Assembly (NCBI GenBank): GCA_030623035.1
Contig: JAUXFK010000001.1
Coordinates: forward strand, 1 to 48,486
Source of the DNA: Deltaproteobacteria bacterium
Lineage (GTDB): Bacteria > Desulfobacterota > UBA8473
Direction: 5' to 3'
DNA: 48,486 nucleotides
The notes below the pieces were generated by a model, which saw only the letters and a program-made list of their open reading frames with translations, was not told where the DNA came from and made no database searches. The translations under genes were made by a program, and so were the position numbers. Shown one piece after another: positions 26,951 through 36,280 of this stretch (within the stretch, counting starts at the first letter, position 1; each line of letters begins with the position of its first letter).

Positions 26951-28330
26951 ATGATAGAAAGAAGCGTCGTAAATAAGATAAAAAGAATCGTAGGGGAGGA
27001 AAACGTTTATTCTGAATTGGAAGAGAGGATTTGTTATAGTTACGATGCTACCAATGAGAGGTATCTTCCTGATCTGGTTGTATTTCCTGCAAATGCCCCT
27101 GAGATATCCGAGATTTTTAAGATTGCAAATCATAAGGGTTTTCCCGTAATCCCCAGAGGCGCTGGATCAGGATTTTCTGGAGGAAGCCTCCCTGTGGAAG
27201 GAGGTTTAGTTCTTTGTATGGCCAGATTCAACAGGATTCTATCCATTGATTCAGAAAATCTTATCGCCTTTGTAGAACCCGGGGTGATAACCGGTCATTT
27301 TCAGAAAGAAGTGGAAAAACAAGGTCTCTTCTATCCCCCAGATCCTGCCAGTTTAAGTTTCTCAACGATAGGTGGGAATGTGGCTGAGTGTGCAGGTGGC
27401 CCAAAGGCAATTAAATACGGTGTGACCAAAGACTATGTTATCGGCCTGGAGGTGGTTTTACCTACGTCAGAGATTATTTCAACAGGAGTTCAAACAGTAA
27501 AAGGTGTTGTTGGTTATGATCTTACAAAGCTAATGGTCGGCTCAGAAGGTACGCTTGGAATTATTACCAGGATAATCGTTAAGTTACTCCCAAAACCCGA
27601 ATCAAAGAAGACGATCATGGGGATTTACCCCAAACTCGATGATGCAGCGAAGACGGTTTCCGATATAATCGCTTCGAAGATTGTCCCTGCTGCCCTTGAA
27701 TTCATGGATCAAAATTCCATTGTTTGCGTGGAAGATTTTCTGGGGATTGGTTTGCCTATTGATGCGGATGCGATTCTGCTTATAGAAGTAGATGGCGATT
27801 GCGATATAGTAAACAAGGAAGCTTCTAAGATTCAACAGATATGCCTTACAAACAAAGCGGACAGGGTAGAAATCGCTGAAGATAAGGAGAGTGAGGAGAA
27901 CCTTTGGAGGGCAAGAAGGGCAATCTCTCCTTCTTTATATAAAGTAAGCCCTTCAAAGATCAACGAAGATATTACAGTTCCCCGAAGTAAGATACCGGAT
28001 ATTTTGAGGACAATCAATGGTATTGCAAAGAGATACAGCTTAAAGATAGTTAATTTCGGACATGCCGGAGATGGTAATATCCACGTGAATATAATGATAG
28101 ACAAAAACAGTGAACAAGAGGTGGATCGGGCAAATAAAGCGGTAAAAGAAATCTTTCAAGCCACTTTGGATCTGGGGGGAACCCTGTCCGGCGAGCATGG
28201 AATTGGCATTACAAAAGCCCCTTATATAAATATGGAACTGGGGGATTTGGGGGTTCAGGTAATGAAGAAGATTAAGCAAATATTCGACCCAAATAATATA
28301 CTCAATCCAGGGAAAATATTTCAAGGTTAA
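26951..28330 (+). CDS. glcD: FAD-linked oxidase, GlcD / D-lactate dehydrogenase type
   Basis: 459 aa. FAD-binding PCMH region (PRGAGSGFSGGS), C-terminal GEHGIG and NPGKIF. Confidence 0.88.
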   Translation: MIERSVVNKIKRIVGEENVYSELEERICYSYDATNERYLPDLVVFPANAPEISEIFKIANHKGFPVIPRGAGSGFSGGSLPVEGGLVLCMARFNRILSIDSENLIAFVEPGVITGHFQKEVEKQGLFYPPDPASLSFSTIGGNVAECAGGPKAIKYGVTKDYVIGLEVVLPTSEIISTGVQTVKGVVGYDLTKLMVGSEGTLGIITRIIVKLLPKPESKKTIMGIYPKLDDAAKTVSDIIASKIVPAALEFMDQNSIVCVEDFLGIGLPIDADAILLIEVDGDCDIVNKEASKIQQICLTNKADRVEIAEDKESEENLWRARRAISPSLYKVSPSKINEDITVPRSKIPDILRTINGIAKRYSLKIVNFGHAGDGNIHVNIMIDKNSEQEVDRANKAVKEIFQATLDLGGTLSGEHGIGITKAPYINMELGDLGVQVMKKIKQIFDPNNILNPGKIFQG

Positions 28331-28686
28331 TTGTTATCATTTAATACCTCTTCTACTTTATCTAGTAAATCAAATACCTTGAAAGGCTTTTGGAGGGCAC
28401 CGTTGACTTGAATTCTCTTAAGTTCTTTTGAGTGTTTTCCGATATCATAGCCTGTTATTACAATTGTTTTAATCTCTCCTCTGGCTATCTTAAGCTTTTC
28501 TATCGTTTCCAATCCATCCATACCAGGCAGACCAATATCTACAATATAGAGATCATACCTTTTATCCTTTTCCAAAGCTTTAAAACCATCTTTGACGATT
28601 TCAACTGCATAATCACCCAGGATCTCACAGTAGAGTCTTCCTAGATATTCCTCATCTTCTATTATCAGGATACTTGGTGTCTTCAT
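28327..28686 (-). CDS. Stand-alone response-regulator receiver domain
   Basis: 119 aa. IIEDEE, DLYIVDIGLPGMDG, QKPF. Confidence 0.85.
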   Translation of the reverse strand: MKTPSILIIEDEEYLGRLYCEILGDYAVEIVKDGFKALEKDKRYDLYIVDIGLPGMDGLETIEKLKIARGEIKTIVITGYDIGKHSKELKRIQVNGALQKPFKVFDLLDKVEEVLNDNN

Positions 28687-28720
28687 CTTTGCGCTTTTTA
28701 AGGTTCATATTTTTCTATTC

Positions 28721-28838
28721 GTAATTGTTTAACTATCTTAAGTAGCTATTGAGATTTTATGATTTGAATAATCTTTTCCTCAGGATTTGAGTTATTTTGT
28801 TAAAGACCATCCAAATCATTATTTGGCTAAACAGTTAC
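28721..28838 (-). mobile_element. MITE type A (118 bp), no recognisable TSD
   Basis: Termini GTAATTGTTTAAC ... GGCTAAACAGTTAC. The interior is collinear (reverse orientation) with 29605..29753. Flanks TTCTATTC and GAATTTTT do not match. Confidence 0.65.
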
Positions 28839-28863
28839 GAATTTTTTCATTTCTCAGGCTAAA

Positions 28864-29433
28864 CTATTTAAAGAGTAACAATTCAACCATTTCACAGATA
28901 ATATGACCGACTGTAATATGGACTTCCTGTATGCGAGGAGTGCTGTTAGAGGGTACATTTAATGAGATATCTACAATATTGGCAATCTTTCCCCCGTCTT
29001 TACCGGTCATTCCGACTGTCTTTATACCCAATTTCTTCCCGGTATGTAATGCCTTGATGACATTTTCAGAATCTCCGCTTGTGCTGAGCCCAAAAGCGAC
29101 ATCGCCCTCTTTACCCAGAGCCTTTATCTGTTTGGAAAATATATGAGAGAAATCCGAGTCATTGGATATACTTGTAATTACAGATGTATCTGTAGTCAAC
29201 GCAATGGCAGGTAGAGGAGGCCTATCGATTACAAAACGGTTTATAAACTCAGCAGCAATATGCTGGGCATCAGCAGCACTTCCCCCGTTGCCAAACAGGA
29301 TAATCTTGTTTCCCTGGTTTATAGCATCAGTAACTGTTTCCACTGTCTTGATGATCTCGTCGATATTTTTTTTTGCAAACATTACTTTTAAATCAGCGCT
29401 TTCCAAAAAACTCTGGATAATTTTATCCTTCAT
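28864..29433 (-). CDS. gmhA: SIS-domain phosphoheptose isomerase (GmhA/DiaA family)
   Basis: 189 aa. GNGGSAADAQH and STSGDSENV motifs. Confidence 0.85.
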   Translation of the reverse strand: MKDKIIQSFLESADLKVMFAKKNIDEIIKTVETVTDAINQGNKIILFGNGGSAADAQHIAAEFINRFVIDRPPLPAIALTTDTSVITSISNDSDFSHIFSKQIKALGKEGDVAFGLSTSGDSENVIKALHTGKKLGIKTVGMTGKDGGKIANIVDISLNVPSNSTPRIQEVHITVGHIICEMVELLLFK

Positions 29434-29604
29434 ATATGTCTCTCTGTCATGCCTTTATGAAACAAAACGATTTTTTTGAGATTAAACCGTATAGACCTTC
29501 CATGTCAAGCAAATTTAGCCCTATTAAAAAATGGATCCAATAGAAAAATTTATCCACAATATCAAATTGTTGGTCTTCCCCATCTTGACAAAGCAAAAGA
29601 TAAG

Positions 29605-29753
29605 ATAACTGTTTCGCCAGATAATGATTTGTATGGTCTTTGACGAACATTTTTGAGTTATTTTGTTGAAGATTCAAGGTGACTCAAATCGTGAGGAAAA
29701 GACGATTCAAATCATAAAATCTCGTTAGCTCCTTAAGATGGCTAAACAATCAC
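29605..29753 (+). mobile_element. MITE type A (149 bp) with a perfect 8-bp TSD
   Basis: ATAACTGTTTCGCC...GGCTAAACAATCAC termini. AAGATAAG lies directly on both sides (29597..29604 and 29754..29761). Confidence 0.85.
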
Positions 29754-29804
29754 AAGATAAGCATTTTCAAGTGATTGAGCCCTAATGGAGAGTTTTAAAT
29801 ATTC

Positions 29805-29883
29805 GTAACAGTTTAGCTTTTTGAAATTTGATTGCCGTTGAAGCTTGGCGAGTGCTTTTTGTTTCATAAGGCTAAAATAGTAC
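29805..29883 (+). mobile_element. MITE type B, short deletion derivative (79 bp) with a perfect 8-bp TSD
   Basis: GTAACAGTTTAGCTTTTTGAAA...GGCTAAAATAGTAC. AAATATTC is present at 29797..29804 and 29884..29891. Confidence 0.85.
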
Positions 29884-30220
29884 AAATATTCTTATCGCAA
29901 CTCTAAAACTCCCTCGTGCACTTTCCTCTTTTGTGGAGGGGCACTAACTAATCATGATATCTATGGAAATTTTAATTTGATGGTTAAAAAAGGTTTGCAA
30001 TTTCTGTGTAATTAAGTTATAAGCTAAGCTTGTTAATTATTGGGTTATTGCTCAAATCCTTTTTTGCTTTGCCCAGATAAATTTCTTGATAAATCCATTG
30101 TTCGTTCCAGTCGTTTTCAAAACTCTCTCTGTGGGCTCAAGGAATTGAGATTTATCTAAGAGAAAGTGTTTTGATGATTTTGTATAATAATTTTTGTTTG
30201 GGTAAAATGGCCTTTTATGG

Positions 30221-31336
30221 ATGGATACGAAAAAGTTTAATAATAAGGTAGACCACAATCTGAATTTGCAGGGTGAATTAGGTGTTTTGCGGGAAAAAAT
30301 AGACCAGATCGATACAGAAATCCTCGATTTGCTCAATGAAAGAGCAAAAAAAGCAATCAAAATCGCAAAAACCAAAATCGCAAATAAGATGGAATTTTAT
30401 GCACCAGATAGAGAGCTCAAGATTTATGAGAGACTTGTAAATATAAACAAAGGTCCTTTTCCAGACAGAGCGATTAAGCCTGTCTTCAAAGAGATAATCT
30501 CTGCTTCTTTATCCCTTGAGAAACCTATTCATGTTGCATACTTAGGTCCAAAAGCAACATTTACCCACCTTGCGAGTATCAGTCATTTTGGTCAGTCATC
30601 CAATTTTGTTCAGAAAAGAAATATCCCTGAAATTTTCTCTGAAGTGGAAAGGGACAGGGTCGATTTTGGAGTTGTCCCTATAGAGAATTCGACAGAAGGG
30701 GTGGTCAGCAACACCCTGGACATGTTTATAGAATCAAACCTGAAAATATGCGCAGAAATTTTACTAGAGATATCTCATCACCTCATGTCAAAGACAGGCA
30801 AGATGGAGGACATTGAGAAAGTATACTCCCATCCTCATGCGATCGCCCAATGTAGAAACTGGCTGGATCGTAACCTTCCAAATATACCTATTATCGATGT
30901 AGCAAGCACCGCTTTAGCAGCTAAGAGTGCATCAGATGACCATTCAGTAGCTGCAATTGCCAGCGAGTATGCTGCATCTTGCTATGATTTAAAAATAGTA
31001 AAGAGAAAGACAGAGGATAATATCAACAATTTCACCAGATTTTTAGTGATTGGCAAAAGAGAGCCTGAAAAAAGCGGTAATGATAAAATATCGATTATGT
31101 TTTCCATTAAGGATGAGGTCGGGATTTTATATAGAATGCTTGAACCCTTTGCAAAAAACAATGTGAATCTAACGAAGATTGAATCTAGACCTCTCAAGAA
31201 AAAAGCCTGGGAATATATGTTCTTCTTGGACTTAGAGGGTCACATATCTGATAAAAATGTGAAAAAGGCATTAGAAGAATTGGATAAAAAATCTCTGTTT
31301 TTAAAGGTGTTGGGTTCCTATCCAAGGAGCAATTGA
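30221..31336 (+). CDS. pheA: Bifunctional chorismate mutase / prephenate dehydratase (P-protein)
   Basis: 371 aa. N-terminal CM helix (LREKIDQIDTEILDLLNERA), PDT domain (VAYLGPKATFTH, ENSTEGVV) and a C-terminal ACT domain. Confidence 0.9.
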   Translation: MDTKKFNNKVDHNLNLQGELGVLREKIDQIDTEILDLLNERAKKAIKIAKTKIANKMEFYAPDRELKIYERLVNINKGPFPDRAIKPVFKEIISASLSLEKPIHVAYLGPKATFTHLASISHFGQSSNFVQKRNIPEIFSEVERDRVDFGVVPIENSTEGVVSNTLDMFIESNLKICAEILLEISHHLMSKTGKMEDIEKVYSHPHAIAQCRNWLDRNLPNIPIIDVASTALAAKSASDDHSVAAIASEYAASCYDLKIVKRKTEDNINNFTRFLVIGKREPEKSGNDKISIMFSIKDEVGILYRMLEPFAKNNVNLTKIESRPLKKKAWEYMFFLDLEGHISDKNVKKALEELDKKSLFLKVLGSYPRSN

Positions 31337-31394
31337 AAAAGAAGGGAATCGTAAAAGCAAATCGTCAATTTAATAGGAAGGAATTTACAAAAAA

Positions 31395-32255
31395 GTGACG
31401 CCACTCTTTAATAAGGTTGCAATCATTGGGGTTGGGTTAATCGGAGGCTCACTGGCTAAGGCTGCTAAACGAAAAAACCTTTTTAAAGATGTCGTTGGAA
31501 TAGCCAGAAATGAAAGAAATCTCAAAAAGGGGATTGAGTTAGGAGCAATCGATAGTTATACTACGCATCTGACTGAAGGTCTTATCGATGCAGAACTGGT
31601 AATTGTAGCTACCCCTTCAGGAGTCATTGTAGATCTAATAAGAAAGATAGTCCCCCATGTCCCAAATGGGTGTATTATTACGGATGTAGGGAGTATAAAG
31701 AGAGACATCGTAAAAGGGGTTGAAGGATTTATCCCTGATAATGTATTTTTCATTGGCGGTCATCCTATTGCAGGAAAGGAAGACTCCGGGATTGATGCTG
31801 CCTGCTCTTCGCTATTTGTAGGACATAAATGTATACTTACTCCTACTTCTAAGACCGATCCAAATGCCCTTCAAAGAATAAAAACCATGTGGGAGAAAGT
31901 TGGGTCTATTGTGATGCTAATGGATATGGCGGAGCATGATGAGATATTCGCTGCAGTGAGTCATTTACCCCATATTGTTGCTTTTTCTCTAATAAACGCC
32001 ATAATTCGTATGGAGGATATAAGAGAGGATATACTAAACTATTCTGCTGGTGGTCTTAAGGACTTTACTCGTGTGGCAGCCAGTGACCCGGTCATGTGGA
32101 GAGATATTTCTATGATGAACAAGGACAATATACTGAACAGCATATCTCATTTTCTGTCATCACTGGAAGACATAAAGAGGGCGATCGTACAAGGGGATTC
32201 TGAGAAATTGGTATTTGAATTTGAAAAGTCGAAGGCATTGAGAATATCTTTGTAA
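31395..32255 (+). CDS. tyrA: Prephenate dehydrogenase
   Basis: 286 aa with a GTG start. Rossmann motif IIGVGLIGGS, and GGHPIAG. Confidence 0.88.
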   Translation: MTPLFNKVAIIGVGLIGGSLAKAAKRKNLFKDVVGIARNERNLKKGIELGAIDSYTTHLTEGLIDAELVIVATPSGVIVDLIRKIVPHVPNGCIITDVGSIKRDIVKGVEGFIPDNVFFIGGHPIAGKEDSGIDAACSSLFVGHKCILTPTSKTDPNALQRIKTMWEKVGSIVMLMDMAEHDEIFAAVSHLPHIVAFSLINAIIRMEDIREDILNYSAGGLKDFTRVAASDPVMWRDISMMNKDNILNSISHFLSSLEDIKRAIVQGDSEKLVFEFEKSKALRISL

Positions 32256-32302
32256 AACAATTAGTTAGTGTCATATCATCTATGTAATATCACGAAGATG
32301 AC

Positions 32303-32405
32303 CGTCATTCCCGCGGAAGCGGGAATCCAGAAGCGCCGAAGTAGCCAGAAATATCGGATTCCCACTCCCCGATCGGAGTCGAGGACAAGCTTCGTGGGAA
32401 TGACG
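32303..32405. repeat. Palindromic GGGAATGAC-type dispersed repeat (IPAFAGMT-like element)
   Basis: CGTCATTCCCGCGGAAGCGGGAATCC forms a hairpin (ATTCCCGC/GCGGGAAT). The distal GGATTCCCAC...GTGGGAATGACG pairs back to CGTCATTCCC. Confidence 0.6.
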
Positions 32406-32460
32406 ACTGCCTGATACGACATTTCATGCTTGACGTGACACTAACCAAATTAGGCTTATA

Positions 32461-33750
32461 TTGAAAAAGATAGTTATCGAAAGAAAAGGAAGCTTAAAAG
32501 GAGAGGTTACAATACCTGGTGATAAGTCTATATCTCACCGGGCTGTTATTATTGGCTCATTGGCAAAAGGAAAGACTCGTATAAAGGGGCTTTCAAAAGG
32601 CGAAGACAATTTGAGAACCATTAATGCCTTTAAATTGATGGGCATTAAAATTAAAAAGACCGATAACGGTGAGTTAACAGTACATGGCAGAGGTCTACAC
32701 GGTTTGACTGAACCTGAAAATGTTATCAATGCCGGCAATTCTGGGACCACGATGCGGCTTTTAACCGGCCTGCTGAGTGGGCAAGAGTTTTTCTCTGTAA
32801 TTAATGGGGACAGGTACCTTCGGAAAAGACCCATGAAGAGAGTTATTTCCCCTCTTAGCAAAATGGGTGCAAATATCTGGGGGAGAGAAGATGGAAAGTT
32901 TGCCCCTCTTTGTATTAATGGGACAAGGTTAAATCCTATAGAGTATGAGTCCCCTATTGCAAGTGCTCAGGTTAAGTCGGCCATTCTTTTTGCAGGACTT
33001 TATGTGGATGGTGTTACAAAAGTGAGTGAACCTTGGTTATCCAGAGATCATACTGAGCGAATGCTGAAGCGGTTCGGCGCGACTTTAGAGAGAAAAGGTA
33101 ATTCAGTCAGTTTATGCGGCGGATCAGAACTTGAACCGAGGGATATTGAGATTCCTGGAGATATATCATCCGCGGCTTTTTTTATTGTTGCTGCATTGAT
33201 TGTTCCAGATTCAGAAGTCTTATTAAGAAACGTTGGGGCAAATCCAAGCAGGAACGGCGTATTAGAGATATTGAGAAAGATGGGAGGGGACATCCAAATA
33301 TTAAACGAAGATGAGGCAGGTGGAGAGCCTGTAATTGATATATTGGTTAAAAGCAGTTGTCTCAAAGGCGTTACGATTGGAGGTGCCCTCATACCCAAAA
33401 CCATAGATGAGTTTCCTATCTTGTCCGTAGCAGCATCAGTAGCAAAAGGGGAAACAGTCATAAAAGATGCACTGGAACTAAGGGTAAAGGAGACTGACCG
33501 GATCAAGGCTATGGCCAGTGAATTAAGGAAGTTTGGGGTAGATGTGGAGGAGTTCGATGATGGTATGATAATATCAGGAAATAATCATTTAGAGGGATGT
33601 GAATGCCAGAGTTTCGGAGATCATCGAGTTGCCATGTCCCTGATCGTTGCTGGTCTTAGAGCATCAGGTAGAACTGTTGTAAAAGATACGTCCTGCATCG
33701 ATACTTCTTTCCCTGGATTTAAAGATAAACTCTTTTCTATCGTACACTGA
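32461..33750 (+). CDS. aroA: 3-phosphoshikimate 1-carboxyvinyltransferase (EPSP synthase)
   Basis: 429 aa. PGDKSISHR, NAGNSGTTMRLL, LRVKETDR, DHRVAMS. TTG start with no obvious SD. Confidence 0.92.
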   Translation: MKKIVIERKGSLKGEVTIPGDKSISHRAVIIGSLAKGKTRIKGLSKGEDNLRTINAFKLMGIKIKKTDNGELTVHGRGLHGLTEPENVINAGNSGTTMRLLTGLLSGQEFFSVINGDRYLRKRPMKRVISPLSKMGANIWGREDGKFAPLCINGTRLNPIEYESPIASAQVKSAILFAGLYVDGVTKVSEPWLSRDHTERMLKRFGATLERKGNSVSLCGGSELEPRDIEIPGDISSAAFFIVAALIVPDSEVLLRNVGANPSRNGVLEILRKMGGDIQILNEDEAGGEPVIDILVKSSCLKGVTIGGALIPKTIDEFPILSVAASVAKGETVIKDALELRVKETDRIKAMASELRKFGVDVEEFDDGMIISGNNHLEGCECQSFGDHRVAMSLIVAGLRASGRTVVKDTSCIDTSFPGFKDKLFSIVH

Positions 33751-33792
33751 ATTGCATTAAACAGTTGCAAAATTTTCTAAATAGTGATTAAT

Positions 33793-34470
33793 ATGAATAA
33801 GAGATTAATCATTGCTATAGATGGCCCATCGGGTGCAGGGAAAAGTACAATAAGTAAGATACTGGCAGAAAGGTTGAATTATACATATATCGATACCGGG
33901 GCTATGTATCGAGCTGTTGCCTATAGTGCGCTTAGGAGAAATATTGATATCGAAGATGAAGATGCGCTTTTTAGGATGTGCGCAGATGTTGACATATCTT
34001 TTTACAAAAAAAACGGTTCTATAAGGGTTATGCTAGACAGTAATGACATTACACAGGGTATAAGATCTCCTGGTTTAAGTCTGTTGGCATCGGATGTTTC
34101 TGCAAAAAAGGTTGTAAGGGACGCTTTACTTCAAATACAGAGAAAAATGGGAGAAAGTGGTGGAGTTGTCATGGAAGGAAGGGATATCGGAACCGTGGTA
34201 TTCCCTGATGCAGATATCAAGATATATCTAGATGCCATTGTGGAAGAAAGAGGGAGGAGAAGATACGAAGAGCTGATAGCAAAGGGAGAGGATGTTAACT
34301 TAAAAGATATAACAAAGGAAATAATATTCAGAGATCGTAACGACAGTTCAAGAGAACTCGCACCTTTGAAACCGGCCAGAGGTGCTTATCATATTGATTC
34401 TACGAATATCACCATAGAAGAAGTAATAAAGAAAATATTAGGGATCATAGGAGCGTTTGAGGGGTATTAA
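33793..34470 (+). CDS. cmk: Cytidylate kinase
   Basis: IAIDGPSGAGKST P-loop and DTGAMYR. The ORF begins at GTG 33784; ATG 33793 is also possible. Confidence 0.9.
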   Translation: MNKRLIIAIDGPSGAGKSTISKILAERLNYTYIDTGAMYRAVAYSALRRNIDIEDEDALFRMCADVDISFYKKNGSIRVMLDSNDITQGIRSPGLSLLASDVSAKKVVRDALLQIQRKMGESGGVVMEGRDIGTVVFPDADIKIYLDAIVEERGRRRYEELIAKGEDVNLKDITKEIIFRDRNDSSRELAPLKPARGAYHIDSTNITIEEVIKKILGIIGAFEGY

Positions 34471-34500
34471 CAAAAAATAATTTAGGAGGATTGTCTTTTA

Positions 34501-36279
34501 ATGGAGGAAAAAATCGATAACAAAACAATAAATGATGAGGAGCCTAATCCAAATAGCGAGGAGGAGGATGCATTCTCAACGTTTAATAGCGAGGAAGATG
34601 ATAAAGAAATAGAGATGGAGCAGTTCTATGAAAGCAGTTTGAGTAAGTTGCAAGAAGGAGAACTGGTAAACGGAACGGTCGTTCAGATTACCAAAGACCA
34701 TATAATGATAGATGTGGGTTATAAGTCTGAAGGACAGGTATCCGCCTCGGAATTCAAGGATGAAAATGGCGAGATTAACATCGTGGTAGGGGATGAAGTA
34801 GAGGTCTTGTTCGAGAGAAGAGAGAATGAAGACGGGATTGTAGTTCTATCCAAAGATAAAGCGGATAGTCTGAAAGTATGGAATGAGATCAGTAGAACAT
34901 ACAATGAGGATGATGTAATTGAGGGTACGATCGTCTCCAGGATAAAAGGTGGGTTAGCTGTTGATATTGGAGTTAGGGCATTTTTGCCCGGCTCCCAGGT
35001 TGACATACGTCCAGTTAGGAATTTAGACGACTTAATCGGAAATACGTTTAAGTTTAAAATATTAAAATTCAATAAAAAGCAAAGGAATATCGTTCTTTCA
35101 AGGAGAGCTATCTTTGAAAAAGAAAGAGAAGATTTGAGAGAGGAGACCCTAAAGACCCTGGAAGAGGGACAAATCGTTGAAGGCCTTGTAAAGAATATTA
35201 CAGATTATGGTGTCTTTGTCGATTTAGGAGGGGTTGACGGGCTGTTACACATTACGGATTTATCCTGGGGCAGGGTGAAACACCCCCAGGATATATGCTC
35301 AATTGGAGATAGAATAAAGGTTAAAGTCATAAAGTATGATAAGGAAAACCAAAGGGTGTCTTTGGGGTTGAAGCAGATCACAGATGACCCATGGAGCAAT
35401 ACCGAGGAAAAGTACCCAATCGGTTCGAGGGTTACGGGAAAGGTTGTGAGTCTCACGGATTATGGTGCCTTTATTCGATTAGAAGAGGGGATTGAAGGTT
35501 TAATCCACATATCTGAAATGTCATGGACCCAAAAAATCAGGCACCCATCAAAGATTGTGTCTTTGGATGACACCGTTGAAGCTGTAGTCTTGGATATTGA
35601 TACATCTAAAAAGAGGATATCACTGGGTTTAAAACAGGTAGAATCGAACCCCTGGGATATCGTTAAAGAAAAATATCCGGTAGGTACAAGGATCGAAGGT
35701 ATAATCAAGAACGTGATGGATTTTGGTCTTTTTATAGGTATAGAGGAAGGTATCGACGGTTTGGTTCATGTATCGGATATATCCTGGAAGCAGAAGATCA
35801 AAAACCCATCGGAATTATATCAAAAAGGCCAGCGCATAGAGGCTGTTGTTTTGAATATTGACCAGGAAAATGAAAGGTTTTCCCTGGGCATTAAACAGCT
35901 TGAGGCAGACCCCTGGGATACGATTTCTGAAAGGTATAAAGTGGGTCAGGTTGTATTTGGAAGTGTTACCAATGTTACAGATTTTGGTATATTTGTTGAA
36001 TTAGAAGAGGGGATCGAAGGTTTGGTCCATGTCTCAGAGATTCGTAAGGAAAAAGTAGAAAGTCCCGCTGAATTTGCAAAAGTAGGAGAAAAAATAAGTG
36101 CTTTAATAATAAATATTTTGGAGAAAGAAAGGAAGATTGGGCTAAGCATTAAGCAGTTGGATGAAACTTCTGAAAAAGTAGCGATTCAAAAAATATTGAA
36201 TAATCAAAACAGTGCTACCTCCAATTTGGGAGAATTGATTAAAGAAGAACTGGAACAAAAAGCAGAACGCGAAACATAA
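34501..36279 (+). CDS. rpsA: 30S ribosomal protein S1
   Basis: 592 aa with six S1 domains (repeated G.V..I.DFG.FV.L..G.EGL.H.SE). Conserved cmk-rpsA synteny. Confidence 0.93.
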   Translation: MEEKIDNKTINDEEPNPNSEEEDAFSTFNSEEDDKEIEMEQFYESSLSKLQEGELVNGTVVQITKDHIMIDVGYKSEGQVSASEFKDENGEINIVVGDEVEVLFERRENEDGIVVLSKDKADSLKVWNEISRTYNEDDVIEGTIVSRIKGGLAVDIGVRAFLPGSQVDIRPVRNLDDLIGNTFKFKILKFNKKQRNIVLSRRAIFEKEREDLREETLKTLEEGQIVEGLVKNITDYGVFVDLGGVDGLLHITDLSWGRVKHPQDICSIGDRIKVKVIKYDKENQRVSLGLKQITDDPWSNTEEKYPIGSRVTGKVVSLTDYGAFIRLEEGIEGLIHISEMSWTQKIRHPSKIVSLDDTVEAVVLDIDTSKKRISLGLKQVESNPWDIVKEKYPVGTRIEGIIKNVMDFGLFIGIEEGIDGLVHVSDISWKQKIKNPSELYQKGQRIEAVVLNIDQENERFSLGIKQLEADPWDTISERYKVGQVVFGSVTNVTDFGIFVELEEGIEGLVHVSEIRKEKVESPAEFAKVGEKISALIINILEKERKIGLSIKQLDETSEKVAIQKILNNQNSATSNLGELIKEELEQKAERET

Positions 36280-36280
36280 A

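Noticed and set aside
28327-28330. 4-nt overlap (TTAA) of the convergent glcD and response-regulator stop codons
   Set aside because: The overlap is real but trivial: two overlapping stop codons on opposite strands. There is no evidence of regulatory meaning.
30207-30251. 14-codon ORF MAFYGWIRKSLIIR (F, Y, W clustered) just before or overlapping the pheA start, as a possible aromatic-amino-acid attenuation leader
   Set aside because: There is no SD and no terminator/antiterminator pairing downstream. It overlaps the pheA start itself, and there is only a single codon of each aromatic residue.
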